Shown here one piece after another: positions 42,169 to 51,540 of a DNA stretch of 64,000 nucleotides. Location: the NCBI GenBank assembly GCA_963728205.1, contig CAVSIV010000002.1, positions 608,001 through 672,000 of the forward strand. Reading direction: 5' to 3'. The translations under genes were made by a program, and so were the position numbers. Numbering within the stretch: position 1 is the stretch's first letter; the number at the start of each line of letters is the position of its first letter. The stretch is from an uncultured Chloroflexia bacterium. Lineage in GTDB: Bacteria > Chloroflexota > Dehalococcoidia > UBA2979. The notes below the pieces were generated by a model that saw nothing but the letters and a program-made list of their open reading frames with translations, was not told the DNA's origin and did not search any database.

Positions 42169-43097
42169 CCGAAGAGCAGGCGGGCCGCGGTCGCGAGCGC
42201 GGGCTCGGCCGGCGGCGCCGGCGGGACGCGCGTGCCCGCCGCGGCCGCGGCGGCGACGACCGCGAGCCAGCCCTCCACGGGGTCCGCGTCCGCCGGCGTC
42301 CGCGCGCCGCGCGCGAGCGCGACGGCCGCCATCACGGACGGCTCCTCGACCGGGAGCAGCAGCGCCCCAGCTCCGGCGCCGACCGCGGCGGCGGCGTACG
42401 CGACCCGCAGCCAGCCGCGCAGCTCGGCCGGGGCGCCGTGTCCGACGTTGCCCACCGCGACGAGCGGCACCGCCGCGTCGTGCCCCCGCAGCGTGCGCAG
42501 CAGGGCGAGCGAGCGCCGCGCGCGCACCGGGTCCAGGGCGGGCGGGTAGGCGAGACAGTCGACATAACACCACCCGGAGACGCCGGCGGTGCGCGCGGCC
42601 GCAACGGCCTCTCGCGCGGACTCCGCGAGTGCGTCGGGGGCCGCGACGCCGTCGCGGTCGAGGTGGCGCGGGGCGATCACGAGGTCGGCGCCGTACGCGG
42701 CGGCCGCGCGCACGAGCGCCGCGCCGCCCGGCGCACGCACGTCTTCAGCGGGGAGCGCGTTCGCGACCAGCGGGCCGACGACGCCGGCGCGCGCGCAGGC
42801 GTCGAGGGCGGCGGCGAGCGTGGCGGGGTCGGCGGCGTCGAGGAAGAGCGGGACGCCGGGGTGTTCCGGGCGCAGCAGCGCGGCAGCCCACGCGAGGTCG
42901 TCCGCGCGGCCGTCGACGCCGGCGTTGAGGTCGAGCGCGTCGGCACCGGCGTGGACCTGCGCCCCGGCCCGCGCCCGGAGCGGCGCCGGGGCGCGCCCGG
43001 CGAGGGCCGCGGCGAGCGGCTGTCGGTGCAACTCGAGCGACTGACCGACGAGCAGCACGGCGTGCGCGGGGCGCTCGGTGCGCGAGGGGTCGGGCAT
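42165..43097 (-). CDS. pterin-binding TIM-barrel protein (AcsE/MetH-like methyltransferase, divergent)
   Basis: QV.AGADALDLN, PLFLD, AN, YVD, GNVGHG match pterin-binding enzyme motifs. Confidence 0.6.
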   Translation of the reverse strand: MPDPSRTERPAHAVLLVGQSLELHRQPLAAALAGRAPAPLRARAGAQVHAGADALDLNAGVDGRADDLAWAAALLRPEHPGVPLFLDAADPATLAAALDACARAGVVGPLVANALPAEDVRAPGGAALVRAAAAYGADLVIAPRHLDRDGVAAPDALAESAREAVAAARTAGVSGWCYVDCLAYPPALDPVRARRSLALLRTLRGHDAAVPLVAVGNVGHGAPAELRGWLRVAYAAAAVGAGAGALLLPVEEPSVMAAVALARGARTPADADPVEGWLAVVAAAAAAGTRVPPAPPAEPALATAARLLFG

Positions 43098-43154
43098 GGT
43101 GTCGTCCCGTGCCGGCGCGCGCGCCGCGCCGACGGGCGGCGTGCCGCCCGGACC

Positions 43155-44645
43155 TCACAGGATAGGCGGCAGCCCCGCGCGCTCGGCACGCCAGCGCAGG
43201 ACGAGTCCGACGGCGCGCGCGGCGCGGTGGATGGTGGGGAACGCGGCGACGCCGGCGCGGTACGCCTGCTGCTGGAATGCGTCCGTGACGTCGGCCGAGG
43301 CGGCGCCCATCCCGCGGTCGCGCTGCAGCGCGACGAACGGCTTCCCGGTCTCGGCCTGCAGCCGAGCGAGGTCGTCGGCCGCGGCACGCGCCCGCTCGAT
43401 CGTGCGTCGCTCGGCCTCGGCGGGCGGCAGCTCGTCGACGCCGGCGGCGACGCCGGGACCGCCGCCCGGCCAGCGACCGAGCGGCGGGTTCGTGAAGACG
43501 ACGTCGACGCCGGGCGCGGCGGAGACGATGCGCAGCGTGCGGTCCATCAGCTCGGGGCCGGCGTTCGTGTCGATCGGGTTGTTCACGCTCGTCCCGGCGA
43601 CGGGGATGAACTCGCGCAGGCGCGACTTCGTCGCCTCGTCCATCGGGGGAAGGTCGAGCCCGGCGCGCGCGAGCGCGTCGGCGGAGAGCACGGCGATGCC
43701 GCCGCCGCCGCCCACGAGCACGACGCCCGGCCCGGCCACGCGGCGCGCGCCGGTGCCGACCGCGACGACGAGGTCGTGGAGGTCGTCCATCGTCTCGGCG
43801 CGCATGGCGCCGGCCTGGCGGCACATCGCGTCGAAGATCGCGAGCGAGCCTGCGAGCGACCCGGTGTGCGAGCGCGCGGCGCGTGCGCCGGCGTCGGTGA
43901 GGCCGCCCTTGAGGATGATCGTCGGCTTCACCGCGGCGCAGCGCTTCACGGCGTCGAAGAAGCGGCGGCCGCTCTGCACGCCCTCGATGTAGGCGGTGAC
44001 GATTTCGGTCTCGGGATCGGCGGCAGCGTACTCGAAGAGCTCCCACGCCTGGACGTCGGCGCCGTTGCCGAAGGAGACGGCCTTCGAGAACCGCACGCCG
44101 CGGCGCGAGAGGCCGTGGATGACGTCGCCGGCGTTGGCGCCGGACTGCGAGATCAGCATCACGTTGCCGGGCTCGGACGGGAAGCCACCCATGAACGCCA
44201 GGCCGCTCGCGGGGACGTAGAGGCCCATGCAGTTCGGACCGATGGCGCGGATGCCGGCGGCGCGCAGCTCCGCAATCATGCGGCGCTCGAGCGCGACGAG
44301 CTCGGGCTCGCCGGTCTCCGCGAGGCCGGCGGTGAAGAAGTGGATGGAGCGCACGCCCTTCGTGATGCACTGCTCAACGAGCTCCGGCGCGACGCGCGCC
44401 GGGACGAGCGAGATCACGTGATCGACGGAGCCCGGGATGTCGAGGAGGCTGGCGTAGCAGGGGAGGCCGGCGACCTCGCGCATCTTCGGATTGACCGGGT
44501 AGAGCGCGTGGTGCTCCTGGTAGCCCTGCTCGAGCAGCGAGGCGAGGAAGCCGAAGGCCATGCTGCCCGGGCTGGAGGGGACGCCGACGACCGCGACGGC
44601 CTGCGGGTGGAAGATTGGGTCGAGCGGGTGGACGGGGTCGGTCAC
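43155..44645 (-). CDS. acyl-CoA synthetase (NDP-forming) alpha-type CoA-binding protein
   Basis: F.P..VAVVG, YPVNP, IGPNCMG, ISQSG, SFGN, AARSHTGSLAG (phospho-His), NPID. Confidence 0.9.
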   Translation of the reverse strand: MTDPVHPLDPIFHPQAVAVVGVPSSPGSMAFGFLASLLEQGYQEHHALYPVNPKMREVAGLPCYASLLDIPGSVDHVISLVPARVAPELVEQCITKGVRSIHFFTAGLAETGEPELVALERRMIAELRAAGIRAIGPNCMGLYVPASGLAFMGGFPSEPGNVMLISQSGANAGDVIHGLSRRGVRFSKAVSFGNGADVQAWELFEYAAADPETEIVTAYIEGVQSGRRFFDAVKRCAAVKPTIILKGGLTDAGARAARSHTGSLAGSLAIFDAMCRQAGAMRAETMDDLHDLVVAVGTGARRVAGPGVVLVGGGGGIAVLSADALARAGLDLPPMDEATKSRLREFIPVAGTSVNNPIDTNAGPELMDRTLRIVSAAPGVDVVFTNPPLGRWPGGGPGVAAGVDELPPAEAERRTIERARAAADDLARLQAETGKPFVALQRDRGMGAASADVTDAFQQQAYRAGVAAFPTIHRAARAVGLVLRWRAERAGLPPIL

Positions 44646-44758
44646 GAGGGTTCCTTCAGCTGCGCGTTCCCGGCGGGGAATCGCGGGCTCGGTCCGGGGC
44701 GATTGTACGGGCGGGGACCGTGAGGGGCAGTGGGAGTGTGGTGGTGGTGACGGCAGGA

Positions 44759-44831
44759 CTCAGCGCCTTCACCAGGCGCCGCGCGAAGCGGGCGCCTGTG
44801 CTTCGAGCGGCGTCTGGCCAAAGGCGCTGAG
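44759..44831. repeat. 73-nt long imperfect palindrome (REP-like hairpin)
   Basis: ctcagcgcctt/aaggcgctgag, ccaggcgccgc/gcggcgtctgg and cgaagc/gcttcg nested stems. Confidence 0.65.
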
Positions 44832-44843
44832 CAGCCGGCGGCG

Positions 44844-46076
44844 TTACGCCTCGGCGGCGGTGGTGAGCCCGGCGAACTGCTCGGGGGGGACGTCCCCGGC
44901 GGCGAGACGCGCGACCATGTCCGCGGTGCGGTCGACCTCGGCCTCCGTGTTGTACACGTGGAGTGAGAGCCGCACGGCGTCGAACTGCTTCACGGAGCGG
45001 CAGACAATCTGCCCCTCCGCCTGCAGCCACGCCGAGATCGCGGCGGGATCGTAGCCCGCGACCGAGAAGAGGAAGAGGCCGCTCCGCGTGTCGTCTCGGG
45101 TGGGGCTCACCACGGTCACGCCGTCGATCGCGGCGAAGCGCGCCTCGGCGTGGCGGTTGAGCTCGCGCACGCGGTCCCACACGGCGTCCGGGCCGGCGGC
45201 GAGGTACTGCTCGACGGCGACGGCGGCGCCGGCGATCGCGGGCGACGACATGGTCGAGACCTCGAACTTCGTGACCTGGTCGCGGTTCGGCTCGAAGCCG
45301 CCGGTGTAGTCGTAGGACGCCGCCGCGCGGCCGCTCACCTTCACGGGGTCGAAGTCGCGGATGCGGTCGCGCCGCACGTAGAGCATGCCGACGCCGCCGG
45401 GCCCGCACAGCCACTTGTGCGACGGCACGGCGTAGGCGTCGATGCCGAGCGCGTGGACGTCGAGCGGGATGTGGCCGGCAGTCTGCGCGCCGTCGATCAC
45501 GACGCTGGCGCCGCGGCGGTGCGCGGCGTCGACGATGGCGCGCACGGGGAGGAGCTGCCCGGTCGAGTAGGAGACCTCGGAGAGGATGACGAGCCGGGTG
45601 CGGTCGTCGATCGCGCGGTCGAAGGCCTCGGCGACGGCGCCGGGGCCGTCCTGCGCCGCGAGCTGCACGACGCGCACCTCGGCGCCGCGGCGCAGTCGCT
45701 GGTAGTACGCGGGAACGAGGCCGCTGCCGTGCTCGACGCTCGTCGTGACGACGCCGTCGCCCGGCTGCAGCGCGAGCCCGTTGACGGCGATGTTCACGCC
45801 CTCGGTGGTGTTGCCGGTAAGCGCGATCTCGTCGGGGTCGGCGCCGAGCATGCGCGCGGTGCCGTTGCGCAGGCGGTCGGCGAGGGCGGCGCGATCCTCG
45901 GTGGCGATCTTCGTGGTGGCGCCGTGCTCGAGCTCGAGGTCGATGCGCGCGCGCATGGCGTCGGCGACGGGCGTCGACATCGCGCCGACCCAGCCACAGT
46001 TGAGGTAGGCGTAGCGGCGCGTGACCGGGGTCAGCGCGCGGCGCTCCTCCCAGGCGGCGGCGTGAGCGTCGGGCAT
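44844..46076 (-). CDS. class V PLP-dependent aminotransferase (IscS/CefD-like)
   Basis: YLN, NTTEG, EH, IDGAQTAG, SHKWLCGPGG.G, VRLSLHVYNT. Confidence 0.9.
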   Translation of the reverse strand: MPDAHAAAWEERRALTPVTRRYAYLNCGWVGAMSTPVADAMRARIDLELEHGATTKIATEDRAALADRLRNGTARMLGADPDEIALTGNTTEGVNIAVNGLALQPGDGVVTTSVEHGSGLVPAYYQRLRRGAEVRVVQLAAQDGPGAVAEAFDRAIDDRTRLVILSEVSYSTGQLLPVRAIVDAAHRRGASVVIDGAQTAGHIPLDVHALGIDAYAVPSHKWLCGPGGVGMLYVRRDRIRDFDPVKVSGRAAASYDYTGGFEPNRDQVTKFEVSTMSSPAIAGAAVAVEQYLAAGPDAVWDRVRELNRHAEARFAAIDGVTVVSPTRDDTRSGLFLFSVAGYDPAAISAWLQAEGQIVCRSVKQFDAVRLSLHVYNTEAEVDRTADMVARLAAGDVPPEQFAGLTTAAEA

Positions 46077-46181
46077 GGCGTCCTCCTTCGACGGCGGCGG
46101 CGGGCGCGCGCAGCGTAGCGCCGCCGCGGCCGCCCATGCACACTACGCGCAGCGACGGCGGCGGGAGGGCAGGAGGGCACG

Positions 46182-46976
46182 ATGGCGACGACCGCGGGCG
46201 AGTGGCAACCCGGCCAGTACGCGCGCTTCGCGGACGAGCGCAGCCGGCCGTTCTACGACCTCGCGGGGCTGGTGCAGCCCGCCGGCGGGATGCGCGCCGT
46301 CGATCTCGGCTCCGGCACCGGCGCGCTGACGGCGTGGCTGCACCGCGAGCTGGGCGCGGCCGAGACGCTCGGCGTCGACGCGTCGGACGCGATGCTCGCG
46401 GAGTCCGCGCCCCACGCGGGCCAGGGCGTGCGCTTCGAGCAGGCCGACATCGTCGCGTTCGCCGATGCCTGCGCGCGCGACGGGCGCACGTTCGACCTGG
46501 TGTTCTCGAATGCCGCGCTGCAGTGGGTCGACGACCACGCGTCGCTGTTCCCGCGCGTCGCGGCGCTGGTGGCGCCGGGCGGACAGCTCGCCGTGCAGAT
46601 GCCGGCGAACGACGACCACGCCTCGCACGACGTCGCGCGCGAGCTGGCGCACAGCGAGCGCTTCGCCGGGCCGCTCGGCGGCTACGTGCGGCCGGACCCG
46701 GTGCGCACGCCGGAGTGGTACGCGGAGCAGCTGTACGCGCTCGGCTTCGCCGAGCAGCACGTGCGCATGGTCGTCTACCCGCACGTGCTGGCGGACAGCG
46801 AGGGCGTCGTCGAGTGGGTGAAGGGGTCGCTGTTGACCGCGTACCGTCGCCGGCTCGACCCGGCGACGTACGAAACCTTCCTCGCCGCGTATCGCGAGCA
46901 GCTGCTGGCGCGGCTCGGCGAGCGCGCGCCGTACTTCTACGCGTTCAAGCGCATCCTGCTGTGGGGTCGCCGCTAG
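46182..46976 (+). CDS. tam: trans-aconitate 2-methyltransferase-like SAM methyltransferase
   Basis: W.P.QY.RF..ERSRPF.DL, DLGSGTG, FSNAALQWV, GGQLAVQMP, WVKG. Confidence 0.85.
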   Translation: MATTAGEWQPGQYARFADERSRPFYDLAGLVQPAGGMRAVDLGSGTGALTAWLHRELGAAETLGVDASDAMLAESAPHAGQGVRFEQADIVAFADACARDGRTFDLVFSNAALQWVDDHASLFPRVAALVAPGGQLAVQMPANDDHASHDVARELAHSERFAGPLGGYVRPDPVRTPEWYAEQLYALGFAEQHVRMVVYPHVLADSEGVVEWVKGSLLTAYRRRLDPATYETFLAAYREQLLARLGERAPYFYAFKRILLWGRR

Positions 46977-47001
46977 GGCGACGTGCCGCCGGCGCGGCGG
47001 G

Positions 47002-47760
47002 CTACGCGGAGGCGGCGTCCTTCGCGCCGCCCGGCGTGTCGGCCGTTTCGCCGGCGTCCACCGCCGGGTCGAACATGTAGCCGATGCCCGAGAACGTCCG
47101 GATCACCGACTGCTCCGGGCGGTCGGGCTCGAGCTTCGCGCGCAGCCGGGAGATCCAGACGCGCAGGTACTGCACGTCGTCGCGGTATTCCGGGCCCCAC
47201 ACCTTGCTCAGGATCTCGGCGGAGACCATGACCTTGCCGGCGTTGGAGGCGAGGTGGCGGAGCAGGTTCCACTCGGTGCGGGTGAGCGGCACGAGCTCGC
47301 CGTCCTGGGTCACGATGCGGCGCTCGAGGTCAATCTCGAGGTTGCGCACGCGCACCACCGGCTCCGCGGTCGCGACCTGGCGCTGCTCGCGGCGGAGGAC
47401 GGCGCGCACCCGCGCGCTGAGCTCCTCGGGATTGAACGGCTTGGCGATGTAGTCGTCGGCGCCGAGCTCGAGGCCGCGCACCTTGTCGGCGTCGCCGCCC
47501 TTGGCGGTGAGCAGGATCACGGGGACCTGCGAGTGCTCGCGCAGCCGGCGCATGATCTCGAGACCGGAGACGTCGGGCAGCATCACGTCGAGCACGATCA
47601 GGTCGGGATGCTGCTGCGCGACGATCTGCAGGGCCTCCTCACCGCTCTCGGCGGCGAGCACACGGAACTCCTGCTCGCTCAGCTCGAGGCGGACGAGCTT
47701 CAGAATCGCCGGATCGTCATCGACCACCAGCACGAGGCCGTGCGGAGTACTGGTGAACAT
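47002..47760 (-). CDS. OmpR/KdpE-family response regulator (canonical receiver)
   Basis: VVDDD, LDVMLP, LLTAK, GADDYIAKPF, VWG.EY...YLRV.I..LR.KLE, GIGY. Confidence 0.93.
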   Translation of the reverse strand: MFTSTPHGLVLVVDDDPAILKLVRLELSEQEFRVLAAESGEEALQIVAQQHPDLIVLDVMLPDVSGLEIMRRLREHSQVPVILLTAKGGDADKVRGLELGADDYIAKPFNPEELSARVRAVLRREQRQVATAEPVVRVRNLEIDLERRIVTQDGELVPLTRTEWNLLRHLASNAGKVMVSAEILSKVWGPEYRDDVQYLRVWISRLRAKLEPDRPEQSVIRTFSGIGYMFDPAVDAGETADTPGGAKDAASA

Positions 47761-48054
47761 CCTGGCCCCCCTCCCGGCACCCACTCGCAACGTTCTCCAC
47801 GGTACCCGACGTTGCAACGGAAACGGCCGGGGCAGTCTTGCAAATCCATCACGTCCTCGTCCGCGGGGCCGAGGCATCGCCGCCGCGTGCCCGGCCCCGC
47901 AGGAAGCTCGCGTGCGCGCAAAGCAAGGGATCCGCAAGCAGGTGGGGTGACACTACCGGCAGCAAGGCGCAGGGCCGGGCATGCCGGCTCAGAGACGACG
48001 ACGACAGCGGTGTCGAGCCCCCGGCAGCGCGCAGCACGAATGGAGCGAGGAACG

Positions 48055-48279
48055 ATGGCGCGGACCGCGACGCGGAGCAAGCAGTGCACGCACCACTGGC
48101 TGATCGACGGGCCGGAGGGACCCGAGAGCCGCGGCCGCTGCACCGAGTGCGGCGCCGAGCGCACCTTCCAGAACTCGCCGGCGCGGCCGTCGTTCGACCG
48201 CTCGCTCGGCACGATGGGCCGGTACCGGAGCGCCGTGCGCTCGTCGGTGCGGGAGGAGATCCGGCTGTCGGACGAATAG
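48055..48279 (+). CDS. small zinc-ribbon protein
   Basis: SD gagg; CTHHWLI...S.G.CTECG..R.F.NS; GC3 bias. Confidence 0.75.
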   Translation: MARTATRSKQCTHHWLIDGPEGPESRGRCTECGAERTFQNSPARPSFDRSLGTMGRYRSAVRSSVREEIRLSDE

Positions 48280-48528
48280 CCGCGGCACCGCCGCTCGCGA
48301 GACGACGACCCTGCGCACGCGCCCGGCCCACCCGTCGGGCGCGTCGCTGCGTGCGGGGGAGATCGGGGGCGATCGCGCGGCGAGCGTCACGCGCACGGGC
48401 CGGGAGCGGCGTGGGACGGGCTGTGGCGAGCGCGCCGCGGCCGTTACGCTGTCTCGAACGCCGGCGGGGCGAAGACGCAGCACGCAGTGAGGCGGACCTC
48501 GACGTGAACGCCGGATGACCGCGCGCCG

Positions 48529-49947
48529 ATGAGCCCGACCGCACGCCGACATCCCCGGCGTCTCGCGTCGCTCGCGCTGCTGGCTGCGCTGGCCGGCGCA
48601 TGGCTGCTCCTCTCCGGCGCTGCCCCGGCCGCCGCCGCCACGCTGCAGCCCGGCGACCGCGCGGTCGTGCGGGCCGACGGCGACTGCCTGCGCCTGCACG
48701 CGAGCCCGGCACTCGCGGCGAACACCGTCGCGTGCTTGCCCGAGGGCACGGTGGTGACGGTGCTCGCGGACGGCGGCGACGCCGACGGCTATCACTGGCT
48801 GCAGGTCAGCGGCGGCGGCGCCACCGGCTGGGCCGTCGACGCCTACCTGCAGGCGGTCGCGGTGCAGCCGACCACGACCCCCACCGCCGGGCCGACGCCC
48901 GCGCCGACCGCCGGCCCGACCGAGACCCCGGTGCCGGTGCCCGGCTCCGCGGCAGCGCTGCCGGTGCCTCCCGTCGGCGGGCTGACGCTCGGGCTCGCCG
49001 GCACGAGCGACCCGGCCGCGCTCGCCGCCGCGCAGACGTTCACTGTCGAGAGCGTGTCCGTCTTCGACGTTGCGACGCAGCGCTTCCTCACGTACATCCC
49101 CGGCGCCCCGGCGTTCACGAGCTCGCTGAACACGACGAACCTGCGCCCGTCGAGCATTGCGACGATCAAGCGACAGGGAGCCACCCCGGCCGCAACCACG
49201 CCGCCGACCGCAGCGCCGCGGCCGGTGCAGGGGAACGGCAGCGCGCTGCCGACGCCGCTCCCGGGCGGCCTGACGCAGGGCGTGAGCGGCACGAACAATC
49301 CCGCCACGCTCGCGGCCGCGCAGCACTTCGGCGTCGAGACCATCTCCATGCTCGACGTGCCCTCGCAGGCGTGGCTCGTCTACATCCCTGGTGCGCCCGC
49401 CGTCGTGAGCACGCTGAACTCCGGAACCCTCGACGTCGGCGCGGTCGTGACAATCAAGAGCAGCGGCGGCGGCTCTCCATCGCCGGCACCGACCCCGACC
49501 GCCCCGCCGGGCGGCACGCCGGTGGGCGGCTACACGCCCGCGCCCCCGTCGACCGCGACGGCGGTGCCGGGACCCGCGGGCAACGAGGCCGCCACGCAGT
49601 CGGGCGGCAACGTCACGACGGCCGCTGCCACGACGACGGTGCAGATCACCTACTACTACTGCGCGGCCGGAACGAACCTCTCAGGCGTCGGCGACGGCGG
49701 CGGCTTCTGCGGGACCACCGCGACCGGCGAGCCCGTGCACCGTGGCACGGCGTCGTGCGCGCCGTCGCTGCTCGGCCAGCGGTTCACGATCGCGGGCGAC
49801 CCCGACCACCTCGTCTACACGTGCGGGGATACCGGCGCGGCGGTCCAGGTCGGCGAGCGGGACATCTGGTTCCCCGACAGCGACACGGGATACGCGTGGT
49901 GGCGCGTGGTCGGCCCCACGGCCGAGATCGCGGTCGTCGCGGCCTAG
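48529..49947 (+). CDS. secreted protein: SH3 domain, two tandem repeat domains and a C-terminal 3D-like domain
   Basis: Signal peptide; CLRLH..P......V.....G..V.V......DGYHWLQV......GW (SH3); about 72-aa duplicated domain; T.TG...DTG.....DIW (3D/DPBB-like). Confidence 0.75.
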   Translation: MSPTARRHPRRLASLALLAALAGAWLLLSGAAPAAAATLQPGDRAVVRADGDCLRLHASPALAANTVACLPEGTVVTVLADGGDADGYHWLQVSGGGATGWAVDAYLQAVAVQPTTTPTAGPTPAPTAGPTETPVPVPGSAAALPVPPVGGLTLGLAGTSDPAALAAAQTFTVESVSVFDVATQRFLTYIPGAPAFTSSLNTTNLRPSSIATIKRQGATPAATTPPTAAPRPVQGNGSALPTPLPGGLTQGVSGTNNPATLAAAQHFGVETISMLDVPSQAWLVYIPGAPAVVSTLNSGTLDVGAVVTIKSSGGGSPSPAPTPTAPPGGTPVGGYTPAPPSTATAVPGPAGNEAATQSGGNVTTAAATTTVQITYYYCAAGTNLSGVGDGGGFCGTTATGEPVHRGTASCAPSLLGQRFTIAGDPDHLVYTCGDTGAAVQVGERDIWFPDSDTGYAWWRVVGPTAEIAVVAA

Positions 49948-49995
49948 ATCGCCCGTTTCCGATGACGCGGGCAGCCGCGCCGCCGCCGGGGCGTG

Positions 49996-50478
49996 TCAGG
50001 CGCGCGAGGCTGCCTCGTCCGACTCCATCGCCCCGCGCTGCACGGCCGCGACCGCCGCGATGCGCTCCAGCGCGTCGGTCATCGTGTCGAGCTCATCGCC
50101 GAGGCCGGCGGCGACGCGTTCCAGGAACGGCCGCGTCGTCTCCGAGAGTCCGCCCACGAGCACGTCGCCATCCGGCGAAAGCGTGAGCGGCTCGCGGCGG
50201 CGGTCGTCCGGGTGATGGGCTCGCGCGACGAGGCCGCGCTCCTCCAGCTTGATGATCAGGCCGCTCGTGGTCGACATCGTGGTGCCGAGCGTGCGCGCGA
50301 GCTCGGCGGTCGTGATGCCGGGACTGTTGCGGATCTGGAAGAGCACGCGAAGCTGTGGGAGCGTGAGGCTGGACCGCTCCCACATGCGCAGGCGCAGGTT
50401 GTCGATCTCCCGGAGCGCAGCCCAGTAGGCGCGGCGGAAGCGCAGGGTGCGGTCCGGCGGCGGCGCGTCTCGCTTCAC
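49996..50478 (-). CDS. MarR-family transcriptional regulator
   Basis: LTLPQLRVL, ELARTL...STTSG....LE.RGLV.R....DDRR. Confidence 0.88.
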   Translation of the reverse strand: MKRDAPPPDRTLRFRRAYWAALREIDNLRLRMWERSSLTLPQLRVLFQIRNSPGITTAELARTLGTTMSTTSGLIIKLEERGLVARAHHPDDRRREPLTLSPDGDVLVGGLSETTRPFLERVAAGLGDELDTMTDALERIAAVAAVQRGAMESDEAASRA

Positions 50479-50580
50479 GTGGACTCCTCGCGACTGAGGC
50501 CGCCGGCGGCGACCGGCTGCGATATATTGTACGGCAACACCGGACGGTCTGTGTCAGCCAATCCCGGCGTCCCGGCAACG

Positions 50581-50647
50581 CCTTACAAGTTCATGCACTT
50601 TTTCCGTCGGGACATGTAAGGATCCTCACACCCGCCGGTCTACACAT
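50581..50647. promoter_or_regulatory. putative regulator-binding motifs in the MarR/RR divergent promoter
   Basis: ccttaca (50581) / tgtaagg (50615) inverted pair; gtctacacat (50638) recurs at 51523. Confidence 0.5.
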
Positions 50648-50690
50648 GTGAAGGGCCGCATCGACACACCTGTTGATTCGGGGGTCACCC

Positions 50691-51506
50691 ATGTCGTCTG
50701 TCATCGTCGTCGCCGAGCCCGACCCTGCGCGGCGGACCGATATCGCGCGGGCGCTCGTGGCCGCGGAGTTCAGCGTGATCGAGGCCGGCGACGGGATGCA
50801 CGCGCTCCGCGAGGTGTTCTCATCACGGCCGGCGGCCATCGTCATGGAGCTGAACCTCCCGCTGCTCGGCGGACTGGAGCTCATCCGCGTGCTGCGGGCG
50901 GCCTCGGACCTGGCGATCCACGTGGTGATCGACGGCGCGACGCCGGCACTGGCCGCGCGGGTACTCGACACGGGGGCCGACGACGCCATCGCGCGGCCCG
51001 CGCCGGCCGTGGAGCTGGTGGCGCGTGTGCGCGCCGCACAGCGCCGGATCCAGCGCGTCGCCGGGCGAGAGCAGGCCGGCGGCGACCTCGTGCGCACCGG
51101 CTCGCTGGTGATCGACCGCGAGGCGCAGACGGTGAAGCGGCACGGCGTGACGGTCGCGATGACGCGCACGGAGCACCTGCTGCTGGACGCGATGGCGCGG
51201 CGGCTCGGGCAGGTGTGCCCGCACCGCTATCTGCTGACGGCCGTCTGGGGCGGCGAGTACGTCGACGACACGCACTACCTGCGCGGCTACATCGCGTCGC
51301 TGCGCGCGAAGCTCGAGGACGAGCCATCTCAACCGCGCCTGCTGCTCACGGAGTGGGGGATGGGCTACCGCCTGGCGGCGGTGCCGGTCGAGGACGCGGC
51401 GGTGGACGACGGCGCGCCGACGGGCCGCGAGTGGTCCGGCGAGCGGTCGCTGCCGCCCGATCTCGACGGCTTCGACGCGCTCGACGAAGAGGCCGTCGCG
51501 TCGTAA
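50691..51506 (+). CDS. atypical OmpR/KdpE-family response regulator (pseudo-receiver)
   Basis: Winged-helix output VWG.EY..DTHYLRGYI..LRAKLE...GY; receiver has Glu at the phospho-Asp site and Arg at the conserved Lys. Confidence 0.85.
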   Translation: MSSVIVVAEPDPARRTDIARALVAAEFSVIEAGDGMHALREVFSSRPAAIVMELNLPLLGGLELIRVLRAASDLAIHVVIDGATPALAARVLDTGADDAIARPAPAVELVARVRAAQRRIQRVAGREQAGGDLVRTGSLVIDREAQTVKRHGVTVAMTRTEHLLLDAMARRLGQVCPHRYLLTAVWGGEYVDDTHYLRGYIASLRAKLEDEPSQPRLLLTEWGMGYRLAAVPVEDAAVDDGAPTGREWSGERSLPPDLDGFDALDEEAVAS

Positions 51507-51522
51507 GGCGAGCGCGAGGCGC

Positions 51523-51540
51523 GTCTACACATTCTTACAA
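51523..51540 (+). promoter_or_regulatory. direct-repeat motif upstream of the VWA-FHA/Tad block
   Basis: gtctacacattcttacaa: CTACA/TTACA at 10-bp spacing, shared with the 50581-50647 motifs. Confidence 0.5.

Noticed and set aside
47900-48000. c-di-GMP-I riboswitch suggested by GCAAAGC
   Set aside because: Lacks the GGCAAAC-GNRA-GGGACGCAAAGC P2 architecture; better explained as direct-repeat binding sites
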